Below the pieces are notes generated by a model. That model made no database searches. It had not been told where the DNA came from and saw only the letters and a list, made by a program, of their open reading frames with translations. DNA of 64,000 nucleotides from Candidatus Poribacteria bacterium (lineage in GTDB: Bacteria > Poribacteria > WGA-4E > WGA-3G), in assembly GCA_965215265.1 (NCBI GenBank), contig OZ244048.1, positions 1,888,001 to 1,952,000 of the forward strand. The letters run 5' to 3'. Shown piece by piece: positions 1 through 9,631 of this stretch (position 1 is its first letter; each line of letters starts with the position of its first letter). Position numbers and translations under genes: made by a program.

Positions 1-545
1 ACGTGGGGACGGAGGGCGGTGAGTTGTTCGGCAAGTCTGTTTTCAAAACGGATGGTGAGCTCTGCATCCGTGTGTGCCCATTTCGCGTATCGTTTATCAT
101 TCCAGACCGCGCCCATGAGCTGCTTCTCTGCGTAGTCTGAATCGGAGAAGTCGTAGCCGTCCGGTGCGAAGGAGTAGTCGTACCAGCCGATGGTGCCACA
201 AAAACCGACGCTCGCTTTCACAAACGGTTTATCCATGAGTGGATGAAAACCTGCTTCATAGCAGAGCTGTGAAATAATGTCGCATTTCTGTTCGCTTGTG
301 ACGGTTGGTGTTTCAATTGCCCAGATGTCATGGTTTCCAGGGACGAAGAGTTTATCACTGGCCAGCTCCGCTTTTTGGAAAGCGTTGAGGGTTTCAGCGA
401 GTGTTGTTAAATGCCGTGCCACATCGCCTGCGATGATGAACACGTCAAGTTGTGCTGCTTTGACAGCATTAATGAGATGCGGGATGAGTGCCTTATTTCT
501 CGGATTCACGTCCGTATGCAGATCTGAAATGAGCCCAATTTTCAT
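1..545 (-). CDS. Calcineurin-like metallophosphoesterase (runs off window edge)
   Basis: Manual translation from ATG at 545: MKIGLISDLH...IIAGDV...FVPGNHDIW...GWYDYSF; DxH, GD and GNHD motifs. Confidence 0.85.
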   Translation of the reverse strand, partial: MKIGLISDLHTDVNPRNKALIPHLINAVKAAQLDVFIIAGDVARHLTTLAETLNAFQKAELASDKLFVPGNHDIWAIETPTVTSEQKCDIISQLCYEAGFHPLMDKPFVKASVGFCGTIGWYDYSFAPDGYDFSDSDYAEKQLMGAVWNDKRYAKWAHTDAELTIRFENRLAEQLTALRPH

Positions 546-619
546 GACGTTAGCAGTCTGTCCGGGCAGGAGCTGGCCTCGCAATTGCTGTGCACGTTAC
601 ATCCGAGAGATACTTGGGG

Positions 620-2071
620 TTACCTCGCTTCAAGTGGACGGTTTTGGAAGAGCTCCTCAAGGAACACGCGAATTCCGGTGTTGTCTTGTTCGAATCGTTG
701 GAGCTGACGTTGGAGTGCTGCGAGTGCCGGTGCATCCCCGATTTTTGCGATTGCATCAACGAGTGTAAGTTGAATTGCGGGTTCCTCGGTGTTTTCCAAG
801 GCATCAATCAAGAGTGTCCGTGCTTTTGTTCCGCCGATATCCCCGAGCGCGGATGCCGCCATGTCTTTGGTGCTGGTGTCCTGTCCTTCAAAAACGGAGA
901 TGAGTTGCGCGACAGCGGGTTCTCCAATTTTACTGAGCGCGAGGGAGGCTTGGAAGCGGATGCCGGGGATTTCTGCAGGGTTTTTAAGGACAGCGATGAG
1001 CGCATCAATGGCAGATGTCGGCTTAAGAATTCCGAGTATCTCGAGGCATGCTCTCCGGATTTCTTGTTCAGGTTCCTGCTGAAGTTGTATGTGCTGTGCT
1101 GCGAGTGTCATCAATTGCCCTTCGTTAATTTTCTGATAGAGCGTCTGGGCACGGTGGCGGAATTGCGTCCCGAATGGGGCTTTTAGTGTCGCCTTGTTTT
1201 CAGCAAGATCGAAGGTCAGCAAACCGAGGATAGCAGCGGCTTCTAACTGTTGTAGCTGGAGGGTATCAGCGGGGAGTTCGTTGACATCTGCGTTTTGAAA
1301 TTGCTGGAAGAGTACGTTTAGCGCACTCAATTCAACGAGCCGCTCTAAGCTTTTTGCAGCCTCTTTTCGCAGCGAGAGCTCTGTGCTATTTTTGAAGATG
1401 TTGATGAGCGGTTCCACCGCCCGCGTATCCCCGAGTTCGCCGAGTGCGTTGACTGCAGCGATTTTCACGCCGATGAGCTCAGAAGTCCGGAAGGTAATTT
1501 GCTGTTTTCTGAATTCGTCAATAGAGTTCTTATAGTCACCAAGGCTATAAATTTTGCGTTCATCCACGATTTTTTGGACGACATCTCCAAGTTGGATATC
1601 GGCGTTTGCAGCAGATGTACCAGGTTGTATCTCTTTCACACGGACAATGCCGTTGCCTTCAACCTTGAGCCCGACCTTATCTCCAGATCTGCGCAGTGCA
1701 ATTCGCAGCGGTGGTTTATCTTTCAGATAAAGGATGAAGTTATTGTCCTGATCGAGTGCCTTTTTGAGTGCAGTGTTAAAACCTCTTGTGCTTTGAATCG
1801 GATATTCAGCGATGATATAAGAGATGAGCTCGCCTTGTTTGAGCCCTGCTTTATGAGCGGGTCCATTAGTTTCGGTATTTAGGACAACGACACCACTCGT
1901 GGACCAGCGATTCTCCAAGTCGCTGTCAAGCTGCTGCACCTCCATTTTCATGCGTTGATCGTAGTAGCGATTCTCGCATCCGAGTACGATGACAAGCGCG
2001 AGAAAGAGAAAGGGCAAGCCCAATAGTTGAAAGCATAGATTTCGGTTTTGAAATGAGAGTATTTTAATCAT
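620..2071 (-). CDS. PDZ-domain + HEAT-repeat exported protein (probable lipoprotein)
   Basis: Hydrophobic N-terminus with VLGC; two PDZ-like segments (GPAHKAGLKQGE, GTSAANADIQLGD); HEAT repeats (ALGELGDTRAVEPL, ALGDIGG). Confidence 0.75.
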   Translation of the reverse strand: MIKILSFQNRNLCFQLLGLPFLFLALVIVLGCENRYYDQRMKMEVQQLDSDLENRWSTSGVVVLNTETNGPAHKAGLKQGELISYIIAEYPIQSTRGFNTALKKALDQDNNFILYLKDKPPLRIALRRSGDKVGLKVEGNGIVRVKEIQPGTSAANADIQLGDVVQKIVDERKIYSLGDYKNSIDEFRKQQITFRTSELIGVKIAAVNALGELGDTRAVEPLINIFKNSTELSLRKEAAKSLERLVELSALNVLFQQFQNADVNELPADTLQLQQLEAAAILGLLTFDLAENKATLKAPFGTQFRHRAQTLYQKINEGQLMTLAAQHIQLQQEPEQEIRRACLEILGILKPTSAIDALIAVLKNPAEIPGIRFQASLALSKIGEPAVAQLISVFEGQDTSTKDMAASALGDIGGTKARTLLIDALENTEEPAIQLTLVDAIAKIGDAPALAALQRQLQRFEQDNTGIRVFLEELFQNRPLEAR

Positions 2072-2085
2072 ATCAGCTCCTTTGC

Positions 2086-3051
2086 TTAGTTGGCCAATGG
2101 TATGACAACTTCTCGGGTGCTCTGTTCTTCTAAAGCGTCTAAGAGCGGGAGTACTGCTTTTTCATCCCCGAGTGTTGAGAGTGCGCGAATCGCATCCACC
2201 CGGAGGGATGAGCCTTTATTCTCCACAATTTTTACGAGTTCGGGGACAGCGGCACCCCCGATTTTGCCGAGTGCCTCAACTGCGAGTTGTCGGACTTCTG
2301 GTTTTTCTCGGTCACGTTTCCATTTGGCAGATCCAGACTCAATCAGTGCAGCAAGCGCCGGAATTGCCTCTTCACTGCCGACTTCTCCAAGTGCCTTGAC
2401 AGCGTTCAAGCGCGTTTCCATCCTTCTGTGTTTAAGCAGTTTGACTAATATCGGCACAAAGGTTGCAGGGTTTTCTTTGCCGAGGTGCCCCATGACCCAA
2501 TGTGCGTCGTGGCGGTCCCGATTATCTTTAGATTTAATCGCCTTTTGGAGTTGGCTGAGAAGTTGTGCCCTATTGCCTTGGGCATATACGAGCTTTAACG
2601 CTTCAAGTGCGGCGTTTTGCACCTCTATGTCGTCGTCTCGAAGTGTTTCAAAAATAAGGATTTCAAGGTATTTTCGGGGCTCGGCTTGGTATGCGCGAAA
2701 CATGTGCTTGCCGCGTTCGGCTATAGCTGCCTTCTCCCAATCGGCTGTGCCGAGTTCGTAAAATTCTTGTGAATTATAAAAGCCGAGCAGATAGTGTGCT
2801 TCAGCATTATTGGGCTCTTGTCGTATTGCTTGTTTAAATTCTCGGACGGCACGTTCCTCTTTCCTCCGTTTATCCGATTTAATCAATTCCTTTCCTTTAG
2901 AGAGGTTTTCGTTCTGTGTACCGCATCCGATGATGAAGGCAACAAGCGCGATGGCCATCCAAATATAATACGGTTTGCGCGCTTTTAAAATTTTAAGGTT
3001 TCGGCTATCTTTCGTGGGGCTGCTGAAGCATTGCGGACGGTCTGTTTTCAT
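2086..3051 (-). CDS. TPR + HEAT-repeat lipoprotein
   Basis: IIGC lipobox; TPR (AIRQEPNNAEAHYLLG); HEAT repeats (AVKALGEVG, AVEALGKIG). ATG at 3051 has GGAG upstream; the ORF track starts at 3069. Confidence 0.75.
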   Translation of the reverse strand: MKTDRPQCFSSPTKDSRNLKILKARKPYYIWMAIALVAFIIGCGTQNENLSKGKELIKSDKRRKEERAVREFKQAIRQEPNNAEAHYLLGFYNSQEFYELGTADWEKAAIAERGKHMFRAYQAEPRKYLEILIFETLRDDDIEVQNAALEALKLVYAQGNRAQLLSQLQKAIKSKDNRDRHDAHWVMGHLGKENPATFVPILVKLLKHRRMETRLNAVKALGEVGSEEAIPALAALIESGSAKWKRDREKPEVRQLAVEALGKIGGAAVPELVKIVENKGSSLRVDAIRALSTLGDEKAVLPLLDALEEQSTREVVIPLAN

Positions 3052-3185
3052 GGCATTTCTCCTATGCAAGCACGCTTTTCAGATGCGCTTCTAATTGTGG
3101 GTTATGTGCTATATTTGTCGCTGAACCCACTATTCCACCGCGATGAGGGCGGCAGTGCTATATTTGCCGCCCTGAAGGTTTTCGG

Positions 3186-3716
3186 TTAGGTACCAAGAAG
3201 CTCCTGCTGTTCACCGTCGGTAGCGGCATCGATTTCAGTTTCCGGACTCTCCTCGGCGGGAGCCTCATCTGCTCCGATCGTCTTTTGCAGGACAACGGTA
3301 GGTTTTTCAGTGAACCCCCAATCCTTATATCTCTGAACAACCGGTCCTTCTGAAGATGCAATTTCTATTTCGAGGGTTTTTATGCCGTTCTCAGCAGAGG
3401 TTGCCTCGGCTGCTTTGATGAGATGGTCTGCGACACCGAGCTGTCGGAAGGGGCCGGAGACAGCGAGTTCTCCAATTTGTCCGATTTTTTTATCAGTAGG
3501 ATGCTGCTTAACTTTTATTTGCCCGATAGCATACCCGCTTGCCTCTGCAACGAGCCGGTATACGTTGCTTCCCTCTGCGAGGTCTGCTTTGAGTTCATCG
3601 GTGACCTGCTTTTTTGTTTTCTCAGTGAGACAATATACATGTAAAGTTTCAGCATCGGTCGCTTTGGCTTCTCGGATTTGGAGTACACCAGTCAGGTTGA
3701 AGTTTTGGTTTGCCAT
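3186..3716 (-). CDS. GNAT family N-acetyltransferase
   Basis: Motif A LAVSGPFRQLGVADHLI and C-terminal YKDWGF; AAGGAG RBS. Confidence 0.8.
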   Translation of the reverse strand: MANQNFNLTGVLQIREAKATDAETLHVYCLTEKTKKQVTDELKADLAEGSNVYRLVAEASGYAIGQIKVKQHPTDKKIGQIGELAVSGPFRQLGVADHLIKAAEATSAENGIKTLEIEIASSEGPVVQRYKDWGFTEKPTVVLQKTIGADEAPAEESPETEIDAATDGEQQELLGT

Positions 3717-3947
3717 GTTAATTCTCCTTTATAATTTGAGCACATCGTGCGTTGGTTCGGCGCGAACTTTTTTGTTATCGTATTGCCAACAGCCTCTGTT
3801 CGTCACGGGCACGCCAAACCATGCTTATCGCTTTCCAATATAAGAATTGTAACATATTTTTTTCTTTTCTACAAGGAAAAAGTAGAGAATAGAATTGATT
3901 TTATCTACCGTACATTTTTGTTTTGTATTTGTAATCCATATGTATAT

Positions 3948-6323
3948 TTATTCTGTCTGCGTTTCCGGTTGCGCTGTATCTTCCTGCCCGATGCGTAGCT
4001 GGCGTTCAGCATCGACAACATCGCGATTAATTTTATCTATGCATCGTTTGAGTTTATCAATCAGCGCTGTATGCCCATCCATGGCACGTAGGATTTGCCG
4101 GAGCTGGTCGATGACGAGTCTAAAGGTTCGGACGAAATCGCCTGGATCCATGTCAGCGTACTTCTCAAGTGTGTCGAAGTCACAGCCACTGCTCCAAGCG
4201 AGCATCGCACTACAGAGCTGCGGTTCTAACATCGGTACGGTTTCTGCGATGTTATGCTTCCGTTCTAAGTGCTGAAGGCTTAAAATTTCATCAGCGACAG
4301 CGGACAGCGTATCCAATAGGCGTTGATTTTTTAAACGTTTGTAGTAAGTATCTTTGCGAGGTTCTGAGACAATGGCTACCATCATACAATTAATTTCATT
4401 TTCAGTGAGTCGCTCAAAAAAATCTCTAAATAGCAATTGTGTAAGCTGCAGCTCATATCCGTAGATGTGTGAGGCGATTTTCCCCCGTGGGAGCAAGGTT
4501 TGACCTTCGATATATCCGAGCTCCTTGAGCACTTTAAGTTTTGCGGCTATCTGAGTACGTGGATAATTTTCAATGACCATTGTCTCTCTTTTGAGTTTTT
4601 GCACGCGCCGTTCTTGTCTTCGAATCCTTTTATATCTTCCGTTGCACTGTTTAAATTGGGTGCATTCTTCGCAGAGGCTTTGTATTGCAGTATTTTGAAT
4701 TTGCTTGATGCGTTTAAATATCGGTGCGAGCTTTTTGACGCGGAGCGCTTTTTTCTTTTTGCCGCGCGTCTCTGATTTAATCCGTGCCATTTCTGCATGC
4801 ACCCGTTGAAGTTCTCTGTCTGTATCTCTTTTGAGGCGATAGTGGGTCTCAATTTGTTCGGTTGCGTCAACACCTTCGTGAATGCATGTTGGGCGCGCCA
4901 GCGCTTGACATCTTTCATCAAGCACCTGAATCTGGTTATTGAGTCCAGCGATGCGCGTATAATTTTGATGATTGCTGAGGCTCATGGTATACACATCGTA
5001 AATGTCCTCGCCATACTTCTCATAGAGATTGAGTATGCTGGAATAAGAGAGATTAAACTGGCTCTCTATCGGTTCTATTTTATTATTTACGACATTTCTG
5101 ACAGCTTCTCTATCAATGTAGCGCGGCGGGATTTGTGCGTAAACGTAGCCGATGGTATCAATGCCGCGTCTACCTGCTCGGCCTGCCATCTGGTGATATT
5201 CGCGCGCCCTCAGGTGCCGGAAGCCGACTCCGTCGTATTTTTCCAAACTATCAAACACAACGGTGCATGCAGGCATGTTGATGCCGACAGCAAACGTCTC
5301 TGTGGTAAAGAGAAGTTGAATTAACCCTGAAGTGAATAAACGTTCAACGACCTCCTTAAGCGTCGGTAACATGCCGGCGTGGTGATACGCGATTCCGTTG
5401 CTGATGAGTCTGCGAAATTCGGCAATCTCCTTGTCTGCAGCGATGTCAAATTGAGTACAAAGTGCGTCAAATTGTTCGAGAATCTCTGCTTGCTGTGACG
5501 GATTGAGCAAGCTATCATGCACACCGGAGCCATAATAGCGTGCATTGGATTCACAGCCTTTTCGACTAAAACAGAAATAGAGACAAGGGAGCCGCCGTTC
5601 ACTTTGGAGATACGGAATCAGTTCTGTCTGTATCATTCCCGCGGGCAGGGTCGGTTTACTTTCATTCCGCTTCGATTCTTTGCACTTGTTCTGCAAAGCC
5701 ATCTTCTGGATTGTCTCCACATGTTTTAGCGTACCGATGCCGTAACCCGGAAAATAGAGGTGATGTTCCAAAGGCACAGGACGATTGCCTTCCTCAACCA
5801 CCTCAATCTCAATTTCTCGGATGCTTTGCATCCATTCGGCAAAATGATTGATATTCGGAATAGTGGCACTCAGACAGACGAATTTAATATGTTGTGGGCC
5901 GAAGATAAGGCTTTCTTCCCAGACGGTGCCGCGCTCAATATCATTGATATAGTGGATCTCGTCAAAAATAACGTAGGAGACATCGTTGAGCCGCTCAATG
6001 TCGTCAAAGATCATGTTCCGGAAGATCTCAGTTGTCATGAGCAGCACTTGCGAGTACGGATTTAGGACGATGTCGCCTGTGACAATGCCGATCTTTTCTC
6101 CGTATTCGGCATAAAAATCTCTATATTTCTGATTGCTAAGTGCTTTAATAGGGGCAGTGTAGATAACGCGGTGGTTTTCTTGGATACATTTTTCGACAGC
6201 GTATTCGGCGATGACTGTCTTACCTGCACCGGTGGGTGCAGTGACAATCACAGAGTTATCCCGATTTATGGCTTCAAGTGCTTCTTCTTGGAATCGATCG
6301 AGTTGTAATCCTTTATAAATCAT
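3948..6323 (-). CDS. Ski2/HelY-like DEAD/DEAH box RNA helicase
   Basis: APTGAGKT, PIKALSNQK, DEIH, SAT, HHAGM, TETFAVGINMP and QMAGRAGRRG motifs; DSHCT-like C-terminus (GDFVR...INRDVV). Confidence 0.92.
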   Translation of the reverse strand: MIYKGLQLDRFQEEALEAINRDNSVIVTAPTGAGKTVIAEYAVEKCIQENHRVIYTAPIKALSNQKYRDFYAEYGEKIGIVTGDIVLNPYSQVLLMTTEIFRNMIFDDIERLNDVSYVIFDEIHYINDIERGTVWEESLIFGPQHIKFVCLSATIPNINHFAEWMQSIREIEIEVVEEGNRPVPLEHHLYFPGYGIGTLKHVETIQKMALQNKCKESKRNESKPTLPAGMIQTELIPYLQSERRLPCLYFCFSRKGCESNARYYGSGVHDSLLNPSQQAEILEQFDALCTQFDIAADKEIAEFRRLISNGIAYHHAGMLPTLKEVVERLFTSGLIQLLFTTETFAVGINMPACTVVFDSLEKYDGVGFRHLRAREYHQMAGRAGRRGIDTIGYVYAQIPPRYIDREAVRNVVNNKIEPIESQFNLSYSSILNLYEKYGEDIYDVYTMSLSNHQNYTRIAGLNNQIQVLDERCQALARPTCIHEGVDATEQIETHYRLKRDTDRELQRVHAEMARIKSETRGKKKKALRVKKLAPIFKRIKQIQNTAIQSLCEECTQFKQCNGRYKRIRRQERRVQKLKRETMVIENYPRTQIAAKLKVLKELGYIEGQTLLPRGKIASHIYGYELQLTQLLFRDFFERLTENEINCMMVAIVSEPRKDTYYKRLKNQRLLDTLSAVADEILSLQHLERKHNIAETVPMLEPQLCSAMLAWSSGCDFDTLEKYADMDPGDFVRTFRLVIDQLRQILRAMDGHTALIDKLKRCIDKINRDVVDAERQLRIGQEDTAQPETQTE

Positions 6324-6805
6324 CGTTTATTTCTTAAACCGATAAGTGTTGCAGGGCATTCACGCGTGTGGACGAGTTTCGTCTCTGAATTTATCTGTTT
6401 TTTCGTCCATAGTCACTCCAATATACACTAACGTGAGTTTGATAGAAACCGGGTGAATTTGCTCACAGTGAAAGAACGTCTCGTGGTATAATCAATACCT
6501 TCACGAAAGAAAACAGTGGATTTAACCGGCGAGTTATCCTAAAGTGAAGGTAAACAACTTCATCACTTTGAAAGCACAATTCCTCTCTAAAAACATTATA
6601 ACACATTTTGGCTGTTTGCAGCAATAGCGGTAAATGAGATTTTTTCTGGGCGACTCCGTCCTCGTTTTTTTTAGATTCCGTGGTAGGTTAAGGATAAAAA
6701 GAAAAAAATAATATTTTTGTCCAATTTTGTCTTTAATTTTCGTCATGTCATTATAGAAGGCAGCACATCAATTGCTGCGATAAGACGGACGGGAGGTAAA
6801 TCTGA

Positions 6806-7594
6806 ATGAATGAGGTAGAACTCAATCGGCATTTCTTAGAAACAGGGGACACAGACAGTTTCACGCGGATTTTTAAAAGGTATTACCACGGCGTGTTTAA
6901 GGCTGCGTTCCGCATTTTAAGAAATCCGCAGGATGCTGAGGAGGTTGCTAACGACACCTTCAGTAAAGCCTTCCAAGGGCGCGAAAACATCGTGCACCCG
7001 GAGAAGTTACCGGGGTGGTTATATAAAACCGCCCAGAATGTCGCGATTGATAGACGAAGAGCCGCTCTGAGCAGAGCAGACCACCTGCCAGAAGGTGCCC
7101 GGTTCGTCTCTTTAGATGCACTGCCACATGCCGAACAAGCGATAGGGTCAGCGTCTATTGACGCAGCGAGGCAGACAGAACAAGAGCAGGCCCGTCGCGA
7201 GCGATTGGCTCGACTCCTGCGCCTCCTTTCCGATATAGACTAGTCAATGATGGACCTCTTTTTAGACGGGTTCAAGCCTGTAGAAATAGCGGAAGCGTTA
7301 GGCTTAACGCCGGGTGCGACGCGAAAAAGACTGAAACCGGCGGAGGCGTGGTTAAGAAGCATCGCCCCGCAGTTGGAGGAGTTGCTCCGTTCTCTGCCTG
7401 CGGCAGAATTCAAAATAATGGAGCGGTATTTAGACGGACAATCTCCGGCGGAGATTGCCAAACATGTAGCTTTTTCCGCTCAAGCGGTGAGTGATAAAGT
7501 GGCGCGTGTGATAAAACAGTGGAGAACATCCACGAGAGAACCCGCCACGGTTTCATTCTCCACAAAGGTTCGTCGCAGAATTAACAGGGGATAG
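6806..7594 (+). pseudogene. ECF-type sigma factor with tandem sigma4-like HTHs, interrupted by in-frame TAG at 7241-7243
   Basis: Region 2 (DAEEVANDTF...GWLYKTAQNVAIDRRR). ORFs 6806-7243 and 7247-7594 share a frame; the second copy has CAG at the equivalent codon. Confidence 0.8.
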
Positions 7595-7658
7595 AGATGT
7601 TAATGTATAGTGACTGCAAAACAGTATACGAAACTTGTTGTTTTTTTCATTGAATTTA
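6978..7658 (+). repeat. ~680 bp direct repeat, copy 1 (copy 2 at 15027-15707)
   Basis: Near-identical sequence at constant offset 8049 from ggcg(c/t)gaaaacatcgtg to ttcattgaattta. Confidence 0.95.
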
Positions 7659-7842
7659 TTGAGAGGTGCGCCGAGGATGTCACTAGCAATCCTAGACGCT
7701 GCACTGCCATAACTTGGACAGCGTGAACCTAAGTTGTATTATAGAATGGATGCATTTTGTGGCACTTTTTGGTTAGCACCTTATAGGGAGATTATCAGAT
7801 CTTTCCTGACAGCAGTCCCCGAAAAATAAAGGAGAACATGAA

Positions 7843-8211
7843 ATGAAAATGTCTTTATGCCAGATAATTGCGATTGTCTGCATGCTCGTCGTAGGGTTCA
7901 TGACGGTTACACCTTTTGTGCCCCTCACGGAAGCAGGCTGGGATAGGGCTTCATCCCACGTCGTTACCGTCGATGTTTATGATATGTTTGATAACTACTG
8001 CGGTTCTTATGGGTACGGTTACTATGTGCCCGATACGACCACCACTCACTACAAGTATTATCACAGGGGCCCAACAACGCCTGATACTCATCCGCATCCA
8101 CATCTCGGGACTATCACAAGTACGCACTGGCATATAACGAGTAGAGACTTGGATACCTTGTGTGATGGAACTTACCCTATGTACGCATCGGGATCCTCGA
8201 CGAGTAGTTAA
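7843..8211 (+). CDS. Small secreted His/Tyr/Thr/Cys-rich peptide (module 1 precursor)
   Basis: AAGGAG RBS; signal peptide ending PFVPLTEA; THPHPH; C-terminus LCDG...SSTSS, similar to the peptides at 9185, 10669 and 17451. Confidence 0.7.
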   Translation: MKMSLCQIIAIVCMLVVGFMTVTPFVPLTEAGWDRASSHVVTVDVYDMFDNYCGSYGYGYYVPDTTTTHYKYYHRGPTTPDTHPHPHLGTITSTHWHITSRDLDTLCDGTYPMYASGSSTSS

Positions 8212-8240
8212 AACCGCAATCTGAAGCGTGTCAAAACGCC

Positions 8241-8272
8241 GACAGCGTTAAGAAGCCGTTCTTAACGCTGTC
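8241..8272 (+). terminator. Perfect 14-bp hairpin between peptide gene and partner gene (attenuator/stabiliser)
   Basis: gacagcgttaagaa-gccg-ttcttaacgctgtc; no strong U-tail. Confidence 0.6.
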
Positions 8273-8294
8273 ACCCCTTAGAAAGGAAAAAACC

Positions 8295-8912
8295 ATGCGA
8301 ATTCTCGTTCCTTTTTTTATAGTTTGTGCACTTGCAATTGGATGGTCTCTCTATCTTGAGTATGACACAAACAAGTTCATCGACAGTCTGCCCAAGCCGC
8401 CAGCTCCTATAGACGAGACTGCCACGGATTCTCGAACGAATGAACAACCCGTCTTGGAAACAGAGGCGGCCCCTTCAGGAATAGATGAGTCCCCTGTCGT
8501 TTCGAGCACTGAAGAAACGGCGACGGCACCACATCCACAGCCGCATCCTCATGAACATCAGGACACCGTACAGATTCCTTTGAAGGACATTAACGATTGG
8601 AGAACGGATAGGAGACCTTATACACCACCTCAAGCAAAGCAGGATCCCTTTGTACAGAGAAAAGTGCCCTTTGAAGGGCTCAGAGAACGTCTTGTTGAAA
8701 AACATGGAGATATTCCAGAAGTTCATCAATATATAGAACTTCAGCGGAAACACCACAACAGGGAACAGCTGAGACAGGATGAGGTGATGACTTATTGGGA
8801 GTTAACGGTAAAATTCCATCCAACGAAGCGAAATCTAGAAACCTACGAACTGATAAAAAGGTTGACAGAAGCCGCAGATCCGGAGAGCTTCCACTTGGAG
8901 TATTATGACTAA
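8295..8912 (+). CDS. Membrane-anchored 'GDxPEV' family hypothetical protein, paralog 1
   Basis: N-terminal TM + YLEYDTNKFIDSLPK; Pro/Glu linker with HPHEH; core LVEKHGDIPEV...KFHPT. Confidence 0.75.
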   Translation: MRILVPFFIVCALAIGWSLYLEYDTNKFIDSLPKPPAPIDETATDSRTNEQPVLETEAAPSGIDESPVVSSTEETATAPHPQPHPHEHQDTVQIPLKDINDWRTDRRPYTPPQAKQDPFVQRKVPFEGLRERLVEKHGDIPEVHQYIELQRKHHNREQLRQDEVMTYWELTVKFHPTKRNLETYELIKRLTEAADPESFHLEYYD

Positions 8913-9120
8913 GCCTTCTTATCTTTATTCTTGAATTTCTCGCGCAGCGATAAGTACGTACATGGTGTGGAGTGTGGCCGTTGTGGTGGTGAGGTCTGGC
9001 CCTGCATTGCATTAATGATGATCATCACAAGAGTTCGTAAAATACTTAACAGAGGAGAGTAGAGATGTTAACGTATAGTGAATGCAAAACAGTAAATGTC
9101 CGAAACTTGTTGTTTTTTTG

Positions 9121-9149
9121 TTGACTTTAATGCAGGAGTGTGTTATACT
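9121..9149 (+). promoter_or_regulatory. Sigma70-type promoter of peptide module 2
   Basis: TTGACT-17bp-TATACT with extended -10 TG; followed by GAAAGGAG RBS. Confidence 0.7.
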
Positions 9150-9184
9150 GTTTTACATCTCCTGCGAAATGAAAGGAGTTACTT

Positions 9185-9530
9185 TTGAAATCTATTTTCT
9201 TGAAACGCCTTGCGATTGTTATCATTCTCTCAGCCAGTTTGCTGGAGATGAGTCCCTTTTTGAAATGGCCCCCGACCTCGGATGCACATCCAGCTGAAAG
9301 GTGGTGGCATTTTCACCTCATTGTATGTGCAGAATGGGATGGAACAGACCACACCTACTGTAGCCACCCCCTATGAATTTAGTCTCCTCACTAGGGACCC
9401 GGAGCCAAACAACCCCAGCTCTGAGGATGATCCAAACCATAACGGGCACAGTCAGGTGGGGCTCCCTGATGTGCACACCTCTGAACTTGAACGCGTAGAC
9501 GATTGCGACGACTGCTCGACTTCGAGTTGA
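9185..9530 (+). pseudogene. Secreted His/Cys-rich peptide (module 2), +1 frameshift in C5 run near 9370
   Basis: Signal ...SPFLKWPPTSDA|HPAERWWHFHLIVC...YCSHP; removing one C gives YEFSLL...PNHNGHS...VDDCDDCSTSS*. Confidence 0.7.
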
Positions 9531-9631
9531 GCACAAAAACTCATCGACGCGTTAGGGGGGTACTCTCGCATGTGAGTGCCCCGCTCATTTGAAAACGCGT
9601 CGTGCAGCCGAAAAAGGAGAAAAGATTTCCT

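Noticed and set aside
277-2988. Plus-strand ORFs overlapping the HEAT/PDZ genes (and similar antisense ORFs over gyrAB, the porU-like gene and ftsH)
   Set aside because: Shadow ORFs antisense to well-supported genes, with no motifs or RBS.
7241-7243. TAG readthrough or genetic-code reassignment (TAG=Gln/Pyl) in the sigma gene
   Set aside because: TAG is the normal stop for recF, the sprA-like gene, acpS and the sigma gene itself; a C->T nonsense change is simpler.
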